From the NCBI GenBank assembly GCA_051362555.1, contig CM120641.1, positions 41,360,401 through 41,424,400 on the forward strand: DNA of 64,000 bases, in the 5' to 3' direction. This document shows positions 54,062 to 64,000 of this stretch, one piece after another; position 1 is the first letter of the stretch, and every line of letters begins with the position of its first letter. The position numbers were made by a program, and so were the translations under genes. The stretch comes from Lingula anatina. Its lineage: Eukaryota > Animalia > Brachiopoda. Under the pieces are notes generated by a model, which saw nothing but the letters and a program-made list of their open reading frames with translations, did not search any database and had not been told where the DNA came from.

Positions 54062-55893
54062 TCTTGGCTGAAATCTAGTAAAAACTGAACTCTCAAGGAA
54101 ATTTTGTAAAGTGGTAATTAATCAGTGGATCAAATGGCAAAGCTTTCACATTAATAGCTGCTCTATCAGGAATAAGTGGCGAAGTATCAGTACCAGGCTT
54201 GAGCTGTATATGATAATTCAACCTCCATTTAACATCATTTTGTTTGAAATGCTTACTCCTCTCCTCTCACAAATACTCGCATTTTCTCACCAGGGACCTG
54301 GAAATCTTTGTTATAATTGGTTTCAAAGGATTGCTCCCTTCTGAAGGACTTAAAAGTCCTAGATAGCAAATATACAGCGATGTTCATTTGCTTTGATATG
54401 TCGGAATATATTTTTATTCAGGTGATGAATAACAAAAAATAATGGTTACTTTCTTTAACTATGTAAAGAGATTTTTCTGAGATGAATGTCGTTATATAAC
54501 TCAGCTGCCAATATTTTCATAGATTCAAGGAAAAATTATTGGTTATCTTTGTTTCCAGTAGGTGTCAATTACTGTTTTTGTTGTTTCTCTTTTTAGGGTC
54601 TAGAATTTCCCAGTATACCATTCTTTTGACGATTTACAGTTGCACATGAAATGTGGATATTTAGACAAAACAGTTAAGATGCTGAAATTCAATTCAAATT
54701 TTTATGACTTTATTCTTTTTTGTGTGTATATTCTGTTGCTCTGCTTAATCCAGTGGTTGCTTGTTGTTTAATGCTGCTTGTACATAGCCACTACCCACTG
54801 GCTTTACATTTAATTACTAGAACTGAACAATTGAAGATAAATTGGGGTAGGATCGGCATAAATATTTGAACACTTGTTATCATATTGTTTCATGTCTGTC
54901 ATTAATGAATAAATTCATATCTAAACAGTCTTGTTTTCACAATTATTAATTTTGATTCTTGCTTGAGGGGAGAATGAAAGTGTACTTTAATTTGAGCAGC
55001 ATATGCATAAGATGGTTTATTTTAAGATAAAAGAAATCATGGAAAAATTGATGATATGTTGAACTCTTTCAATTAATGCAAGTTACAGGCATTTTAACAG
55101 AAGAACGTGTCAAACATCTGACACCTGAAAACACCATTCGATTGTTTTCTCATATCGAGGAGGTACATATATAACCCATAATGCTGATAAAATCTTAGAA
55201 GTATTGGATGGGGTTTTTATATTTACGCTCAGTGTATACCAGTTTGTAGTTAACTTATAATTAGTAGACTGCAGTTCCTTAAAACCAGACATCTACCCAC
55301 TAGAAAAAAGACTAGATGAATGCAAATTTAAATGTGTACCAAAAGTGGATTAAAATTATATGCATTGCTAGTGTGCTTTTATTTTGAACTACCACCTTTG
55401 CAACAAACCATATACTGTTCCTATAGCAAGTCTTGGGCAAGTACATAGTGAGAACTTTGAGGAGGTAACAAAATGTAATGTATAAAGAATACAAATTTAT
55501 TTACACATTAAGAACATATAATAATGCTGAAATGACTACACTGTACATGTTTTCCAGAATTTTTCAAGACAAATAAAAGAATTCATTCATCCAAGATAAG
55601 CTCTTTCAATAGCTCTCAGGAAATAAATGTAAAGTTTAGATATCAGTTTTTTCACAGACCTTTGGAAAAAAGCAACATTTTTTAATTTTATGCTTTCTCA
55701 TTACTCTGTATGCCCTTGGTTGTTGACAAAATCCTTGATTTCATTACAAATCGTATTATTTCATCTTAGCTAGTTGTGACAAAGGCCTGGTTGTGACAAA
55801 TGCTGCCTTGAGGATCCAAATCCAAAATGATATTTATCCTCTCCTCATTGGTGTCCAGTCAATTTGAAGTTGCTTATAAAGTTTTCTGCCATT

Positions 55894-58105
55894 TTACAAC
55901 ATGAAAGGCAGATCTTGGTTCTTCTCCCCTGTGCCAGTGTAGACACAGCCAAATTTCCGAGTGCCTGGGACATGGTAGAATACGTATCCCAGCCACAGAA
56001 GACTTCTCAATGTGACCAAGCCACTGCCACGCTCAAACTGGAGACTCCATGAACCTAGAAATATGAACACGAAGATAAATATACATGTTGCAAAGAATGT
56101 GCAAATTTACCTATGATATGAGAGCAATGCTGATAAATAAACTGTTTTATCAATACAGACTGAGGATTTTTACATTATAAAATACTGCAAATGGTTTTGA
56201 TACAAGGCCAAACATTATCAGAATTTTCTCTGACATGTAAAATGTGAAAAAAGGATACATTTTAGGAAATCCTTTATAATCATTACTTTCCTTTGTATAA
56301 ACTGTAGGTACAATCTTATGAAAGAAAATATGAATATTAAAAACACTTAATACCTTTTGGTATGTCTTCTTCAATTATGTCTAAGAAATCTATAGCCTTG
56401 TCCAGGTTTGCCCTCTGTAATAGAGTCTTTTCATTGAGCTTTACAGCATCTCGGAAATGCATGTATGATGTCAATTTTGCTGCCTCTTGCACTGTAAGAC
56501 CTGCAATAAAACAATAAATTAAAAGTTAACCACTATTCTCATTTATTGTATTATTCTTTGAATTATACTCTTACTAGTTATTGTGCTTAAGGATCATTAC
56601 GATTCCAATACAGTATTAAGTTCAGCTCAATGCTGCCATTGCTGCTTAATAATTATAAGTAACAGAAACTGAACATTGTTAAGTGTCTCTCCATTCTAGG
56701 CAGAAATACATTCTAAAAAATTCATGACTTACAAGTTCTTAAAGCTAATTTTGTCCTGATGTAATGATAACCACATTAACAAATTGATTGCTTAAAAAAT
56801 TAGAATGTTAAAAATTTTGGCATTAGGGTGAAGTACAATATGACTGTATTCCATAATAACGTTAGTTGCCATTAGTAAGACATCAGACAGACAGACTGAT
56901 TACCTTCAAAACTTCTGTTTTTGACAACTTGTCCTGCTGGTCTCTTGATAAAAGCTGCTCTTGGGACAATGCTTACATCATTATCAATATCTGAGATTAC
57001 TGAGGCAAGACGGTCTTCCTCCTTTATTGGAATCTGAAGTTGATTAACATATTACATGTACATATTGTGAATGCCTACAAGATACATGAGTTTAACAAAA
57101 TTTTACGAAGTGCTGCTGGTCAAATCTTAAAAAGTGCTGCTACCAGCTGTATTTTTACTTAATCGCTTATTGATCAAAACCAGTAAAATACTTTAAATAT
57201 ATAAAATATATTTTAAATATATTGGAATCTTATCAATTCTCCTGAAATACAAGAATTTGATTTTAAAAACTGAGAGATTTATTGAAGAGATTGATTCTAC
57301 TTACCGTTTCCTCCTCCTCTTGGACTTCATCATTTTCTCCGTATGTCTTCTTAACTTCTACATGCTCAAACTCATAGGAAGGATCACCTGTAAACCTTCC
57401 TTTTGCAAGACGAGATGTTTTTTTCATGGCATCTGTGGCTGGTGGTAAAAGATTCCAATTTACGCAATCCTTGCTAAAAATATGGAAATGCACATCCATA
57501 ACTGTCCTGGTTATAGCAATTTCAAAACACATATTAAATGGATAAATTCAACAAATCTAAGGATCTCTATTTAATTCCTACATAACGAATGAATAATTCC
57601 ACTCTTATCATAATTTTTTCTGAGTCCCATTTGATTTTAAAAGTTGTTATCAGTATCACCCCAATCCATTTATACATTTCAATTTCGACACTGATTATAT
57701 GTTAAACATGAATAATAATAATAATGATATATTCATGTTAACAAGACCTGTAAGATTTTTTTTTTCTTCAGTGAAGATTCTTTATTACTGATGTTTTACA
57801 TTAAGTGCATTCAAAGCCACTGAAACTGTTCACTTATTACAGTTGAGCATCATACATTCAATTAAGTAATTAACTTACCTGTATAATGTAGTCTTGTCAT
57901 TCATTTCATCTTTGCCTATCCCTTGGGCAATGAAATAATCATCCTTTACTCCCAGTATCTTTCCCCAGTAGTAAACGCGATTGAACTTTTGGTTGTTTTT
58001 CAAGATCACCAGTGATGTTTGAAGAGCAGCCTTCTGCTCGGGACTAAGAATAGTTCCACTAGACCCTACATAGTCAACCTCAAGATGCAAAGACTCTGCC
58101 TCCAT
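55894..58105 (-). CDS. RSPH9: Radial spoke head protein 9 homolog
   Basis: Exons 58105-57879, 57473-57305, 57033-56904, 56500-56354 and 56054-55894. Motifs: LSPEQKAALQTSLVILK, WGKILGVKDDYFIAQG, GRFTGDPSYE, KEEDRLASVI..ID...VPRAAF, DFLDIIEEDIPKGSWS, LRSLLW.G, YTGTGEKNQDLPFML*. Confidence 0.96.
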
Positions 58106-58427
58106 GATTTTATGTATTTCTTATTTCTCTGTATGCTTCTCCGTTCGCCAAAATCTGCTTACTGAACGACGAACCTGTTTGCTGGTCACTATGGAGAAAG
58201 CGCATGCGTATACTATACTTCCGGTTAAGGTTAAAGTTGCAACTATTTTTCATTATATATAAAATCAATAAATAATTAAATGAGCGTAGGTAAAAATTTC
58301 TTTGAAAATTTTGAAACTAAGGTAATACAATATTTTCTTACAAGTAAATTTCGTGACAAAATAAGAGTCTCAGTTGTTCCGCTTGATTCTTTACTTACTA
58401 ATCTACTTCCGTCAACACACGCACACG
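58106..58427. promoter_or_regulatory. Bidirectional promoter RSPH9/NUDT22 with X-box-like, NRF1 and ETS/GABP motifs
   Basis: Divergent ATGs 322 bp apart. GTCACTATGGAGAA at 58185-58198 (X-box-like), GCGCATGCG at 58200-58208, ACTTCCGG at 58217-58224. Confidence 0.65.
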
Positions 58428-59957
58428 ATGGCAATCCAACTGAAAGATCCTGATGTTACTTTGATGTTTGTAGCATCTTCAACATCTAACATAATGCGAC
58501 ACAATACGAAAGCAATACTGGATGAAAAATACAACAGGCATAAACTACCCCAGCAATATGAACAGACGTTTGATGATGTTTGGTCTAGGAGAAGGTTGGA
58601 AAACCCTTCATTGTGGAATGGGACAAAATTTCGTCTGCACTCAACGAAATTAGAAAGTGACTGCTTCAGTTTTCATTTAGGTATAACATGTTACAAAGAC
58701 TTCATTACAACAAACTGGTCACCACAGGCACAGACTTTTCAGGAATTGGGCATTAAAGAACACAAAAACACGCAGGCATACATGTCAGACGCTATGGGAG
58801 TAGGTTCCTTGCTACAAACTAGTGACGGCCTGGTGATATTTATGAAGAGAAGCAGCAAGTGCGGTGAAGCTGTTGGACTTTATGACATTCCAGGTGGACA
58901 CGCCGAACCTCAGGTGAATGTTAACTTCAAGAATAAATGTCGATATAATGTAGTTTATGGTAATGCATGCTGCCTATATTTCATTTTACAGTGACAATAC
59001 TAGCATGTTGTTAATGTCCTTTAAAAAGTTTTAACAAAATTAGTCATAGTGCGAAAATTCATGGATTCGCATTCATATTTACAGTCCCTGATATGTACTG
59101 TATGTGCCATCATATATCACTGTATTTGTACATATTATTATATAAGAGTGCTTATGCATAAATTTTTATCCTAACTGAATAACTGTGATGTTTATTTTTA
59201 CAGTAAATATGTTATAAATATATTATGAATGCAATCTCAAATGTCAGGTGTGTTTGCAGGAACTGGTTGGAAAAATTGAAGCAGAAGAAATAAAGCTGGA
59301 TTCTCTTTCATCGGCAGATATAGTTAAGGAAATCTATGATTCTGTGTTACGGGAAATACGAGATGAAGTAAACATTCCTCTTGCCAGCTTGTCTGAACCT
59401 GTTTTAATAGGTATAGCAAGAAATACAACAAGTGCAGGCAGACCAAGTGTAGAGTTCTTTGTAAAGTGAGTACACATGTTCCTGCTTTTTGAGTATTTTG
59501 ACAGTTAAGTTCACAACATTGAGGCAAGGACTCAACCCAATATCTACTAAGAGAGACATCTTTCCTTCATTTTATCTGTGGTAATTTCTCTTACTAGTAC
59601 ATAGTTTTCAAAGAGTACAACTTTAAATGAAGCATCAAAGTTAAAGTTGGCCAAGCATTTGAATTCTCCAAAGTTATTTATAAAAGCAATTTCAATACAG
59701 TGTAGACTTATGCTTGTGATATTTGATTTAGGTGTAATTTATCTTCTGAAGATGTGAAGAAGCGCTATTGTCAAGGGGACCATGCAGAAGCAGATGAAAC
59801 AGAGGACATCAAGTTTTTCAGCATACAGGAAGTATTGAACATGTATGACAAGCCATTCTGGCAGCAGCTAGCACCATCAGCTAAAGGATGTGTGATGTTA
59901 TTCTGTTTGCAAAACTCAATCACTGAAGACAAGGCTAAAATAAATTTTTGGGAATGA
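58428..59957 (+). CDS. NUDT22: Nudix hydrolase 22 (UDP-glucose/galactose pyrophosphatase)
   Basis: Exons 58428-58913, 59260-59465 and 59732-59957. Motifs: LWNGTKFRL, LGITCYKDFITTNW, DAMGVGSLL.TSD...RS..CGEA.GL.DIPGGHAEP, SVLREIRDEVNIP..LS.P.LIGIARNTTSAGRPS.EF, LAPSAKGC. Confidence 0.93.
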
Positions 59958-61227
59958 AAGAATTAGTTTTAAAAGTGAAATGGAGAAAATACTTTAAAAA
60001 TTTCATACTTAAGAATTAGAACACTGCCATTATTGGGATTGTATTTATTTTATTATTATAATCCTAGTAATATTTTATTCAAATGAATGATAATCTTACA
60101 AATAATAATATAAAAAGAATATGAATACAAATAGGATAACTTCCAGGGGTGCTAACAAGTTCTTGTACAATGTTATCCCTTTCAAAGCCTAACCATCATT
60201 TCACATCAAAAACCATGAATTTGCTTTTATCGTAATATCATATGGGATTCCTATATAACTGATATCAATACAAAAATAATGTCATTCCTAACAGATTTTA
60301 CTACATTTTCAACCAGCTGAAACTTGATTCAATTCCAAAGTTGTCAAAGAAACCGAGGTTCAATCCACAAAATTTTGTGATAATATTATCTTACAGCACC
60401 ACATTCCAAAGATAAACAGTTGAAAATAAAAAAATAATGAAAATAAGTTAAATACAAAAAATAAGGAGCATATAACTCAAGATGCTGATAAAATTATCAT
60501 ACACATATGAAGGGACATGTTCACAATTTCAGATGTGAAAAGCTAGAGTCAACATGATTATGTGCCAGAGACAAAACTGAAGTCACATAATATGAGATTG
60601 AATTAAATTATAATGAATTACTACTCTAACCGAATAAGACCATCTATAAATCTTAGGTTCAAGACAGTTTAATCCACCCTGTATAATGCTAAACTGCAAC
60701 TGCCTGGTTCACTTATACGGAGGAGATGTAAAATTATATTAACAAACACATTTCAAACTTTTTGTCAGCCAGCAGTTCAACTTACTGTTCAAGTAAAATA
60801 AATTAACAACTGAAACTAACTTTAACTGTAAAAATTAATCTATCACTATTCAGAAGCACTTTTCAAAGATCCGAGCAAAAATCAGAAGCACTTCAAGTAA
60901 TCCACTGCCACATAATTTTTTGCCTTTCAGTATTTCTGTGTGTAAACCAAATGCAGTGTCCACCATTTCTTGTTAAAACTCTTTTGCTTCGATTCACAAA
61001 ACACTTAGGGTGTGTGAATTAGTCAGTTTGCCCCAATGACTACTTAATGCCTTTTATCTTAAGGCACTAAACCACATTAAATTTTATAGAACAGTCAAGT
61101 GTTTTGGGACAACTTTTCTAACATTCTTTAAATGAATGTTTCTTGCATTCCCTTTGAACCTTGGCAAATAAAATATGACATAGCAGGATCTCTTTTAAGC
61201 AGACAGATATCTCTCTTGTAATTCAGA

Positions 61228-62111
61228 TCATGTTTTCTTGAAACCTTTTAATATTGGATAAATGTTCTCAAATGCTTCATAAATTTCTTGTCTAACTTTG
61301 GCTCCTGAAAATTGAAAATAAAGTTTCTTTCAGCCACTTTTAAATATTTACTATATTCAGCAAACAGTGAATTAGATATGAAATTATTTCAGGGTGAATA
61401 TCTAATTATCATCTGACCATAAATCAAGCAACATTAGTATACTTTATAATACAGAGACCACAACCACAAAGAATACATTGAGTTGTATCTGTTTACAGAA
61501 CAAATTTCTTACCTGTTAATACTACTTTTCCTGACACAAATATAAGCAGTACTATCCTAGGTTTAACCATTCTGTATATAAGACCAGGAAACAGCTCTGG
61601 TTCATAACTGAAATGTACATATATCTTTCAATGGTTACAAAGAATAATGTGTTAATAATTTTAATGAATGGCAAGATAATAAAATACTGATTAATTAAAA
61701 ATATTTTACTTCCTTGTTGACAATATATTTGTAAATCTTTTAGTAAGTTAATTTTTTCCTTTATGAAAATAAAAAAGCTTTATTCTAAGTAAAAATTATG
61801 TACAAATTCCAGGTAACATATAGCAGGTCAGTTATGTGTGTTAATTTTACCTTGAAAACTGTCCATGTGTGAGTACAAGACCTTCCAGTCTAATGGGAAA
61901 CTTTACATCACAGCTACCCACCATGTTCTGGATCTTGAAATCCATAAATTTGGCCTAGAATCCAAATCATTATATTATATTATATTATATTATATTATAT
62001 TATATTATATTATATTATATTATATTCAGAAACTTCTGTTTATATTTATATTAAAATTAATAAAAAGCAAATGCAATCAACCAGTTTTTGATGATACTGA
62101 TAAGTCTACAT

Positions 62112-62146
<35 letters not shown>

Positions 62147-63703
62147 TTACTATCTGAATGTAATCCCTTTGCTTTAAGATACACTGAAACTAGAAAAGAA
62201 TGCCACATAGTTGTTGAGATGGTATTGGAATTATGTTAGAAATAGTGTATCTCAAATATTATTCAACAGAAAATGCACAGACTCATTGTTGGAAGGGCAA
62301 GCTATAATTTTTGGATTAATTGGAATTTTTATTACGAAGACTTAAGTATGTTACTGGCAATGGAATGTTAAAAATCTTGTTTAATATTTAGATTGGATGG
62401 TGATGTGAAGGTGGTGTTTTGTTAATTATTTCCTGCAAAACTGCTTTTAATGTATCTTTAAAAAAAAGTTAGCAGAACATTGTTAATCATTTAAAAGGGG
62501 AAAAAAAACCAAAAATAAATTTAAAAATAATTTTTTTTAATAATTAATTTAAAAAAAAAAGCAAAGCCAAGTATACGCTTTGTAATTAGCAACCTCAAGC
62601 AAAATATTGGAAACAAGGAATACTTACAGGAAATCCCAATTTCTGTACAATTCTGGCATATTTTCTAGCTGCTAATTTTGCTTGCTCCTCACTGAAAACA
62701 CAAATATATCAGCAACTCATTACTGAACAAGAAAAACACCAAGGGTACAGACATCATAGTCAAAAGCCTAGCATAACATGAATAATAAGAACCAAATTAC
62801 AATAAGTCAAAGGTGAAAATTTTACATTCATGCAGGAGATTCCCTACCTCTTTGCCCCTGTGCACACCATCTTCCCTGAGCTGAATATGAGTGCTGTGGT
62901 CCTAGGATCTCTTATCCTCATGATAACAGCAGCAAAACGCTTGGGATTGTACTCTGCATTTCTAGCATGCAGAGCAATCTTCTTGAGATCAAGCTTGCAG
63001 CCTAGATTCACTGTGCATACTATATTTCTGAAATGAGAAAAAGGGAAATGCAATAAAATATTAGGAAAAAGAGTAAGTACAAATTGTCAAATTTCATGGC
63101 TGATTTTTCCTCGTTTTCAAATATTACATTCCTAGTGTTAACTATCAAAATAGAAAAGCAAACTTTATATTTATGTAAAAAATGTCCAAACTTAAGACAA
63201 TACACAAAAAGTTGTAATGAGAGATGTCAATTGAAAAATTGATCCAGAAAAAGCAATTGGATACAGTTTTTTTCAAAAGGATATAAAAGGAAAGCTAAGA
63301 TGGAACATAAATTTTGAAGTATTGAACATGTTATCAAAAGCCTATATAATGTCTAATTTACCTTTCTCAAAAATGAAATGAAAATAAATAACTATGTCAT
63401 TCATCACTAAAATACTTCTTCAGCAAGACATGGTCAATTTCTAACAAAAAATATGCATTTCTTCATTTTCCTAACATAATTCCATTAAATCCAATTCTTT
63501 CTTAGAAATGCTATAATGTTATCTTACTGTAGCTGTGGAACTATTCCAGATCCTTCTGATGCTGGTGTGGCTGGGGTCATGGGAGTCAAAGGTCCCCCTG
63601 GGGTCGGTGGTGGAAACAAGCCCCCTGGAGATGCTCCTGGTAACATTGTCGTTGTCATGGACCCAGGGTATCCCGAGTGCATGGCTGGGGACATTATACT
63701 ACC
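61228..63703 (-). CDS. TBP: TATA-box-binding protein, 3' part (5' exons lie beyond the right edge)
   Basis: Exons 63703-63528, 63027-62848, 62691-62628, 61954-61851, 61607-61513 and 61304-61228. [56 protein letters not shown]...[21 protein letters not shown]...[14 protein letters not shown]...[11 protein letters not shown]. Confidence 0.98.
61968..62150. repeat. (ATATT)n and (TTTA)n microsatellites in a TBP intron
   Basis: Direct reading. Confidence 0.9.
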
Positions 63704-64000
63704 CTGAGAAACATGAGGGAGTAAAGAGATTTCAATAAAACCGTATTTTAGCATTTAGGCAGAGAGCAATTAAATGCATTTTCTAAGCAAGAGTGAAGAA
63801 GTGGAATAAAAGTATTTTTATCCTATTTTCCATACTAATGCCACTCTAATAAACAAAATATTCAAACTGAACAGTAAAATAGAAGTGCACTAAATTCATT
63901 AATTTTTAAGCGAGCAGAAAATAACATGTCTACAAGAAGAGGTTTGAATATTATGCCAGCTTTATTTATAAATTAAAGTTAACATGCATTTACTAAATTA

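Overview
This is an AT-rich, intron-rich stretch of invertebrate animal genomic DNA. A lophotrochozoan source is my guess from the Nereis-type SCP, and the species cannot be determined. It is not prokaryotic, and most of the supplied ORFs are spurious or exon fragments. Assembling exons by hand from splice signals and reading-frame phase gives 11 genes plus one pseudogene. In order these are: (1) the 5' part of a large polycystin-1-like/REJ gene (-, runs off the left edge); (2) a DUF229 alkaline-phosphatase-superfamily type II membrane protein (-); (3) a mucin-like type I membrane protein (+); (4) a small secreted protein made only of the alpha-amylase C-terminal 'AHA-propeptide-like' domain (-); (5) a decayed copy and an intact copy of a sarcoplasmic Ca-binding protein (+); (6) an HSL-family esterase (+); and then a compact housekeeping block of RTRAF(-), STIP1(+), RSPH9(-), NUDT22(+) and TBP(-, runs off the right edge). 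Introns carry several MITEs, a LINE remnant, an exact 139-bp tandem duplication and microsatellites. The most interesting points are two PKD domains split at the same position by inserted domains, the stand-alone amylase C-terminal-domain gene, a STIP1-NUDT22 neighbourhood that also exists in human, a GC-AG intron in STIP1, and RFX/HSE motifs in bidirectional promoters. I found no clearly new multi-gene system. All family assignments come from motif recognition, not database searches.
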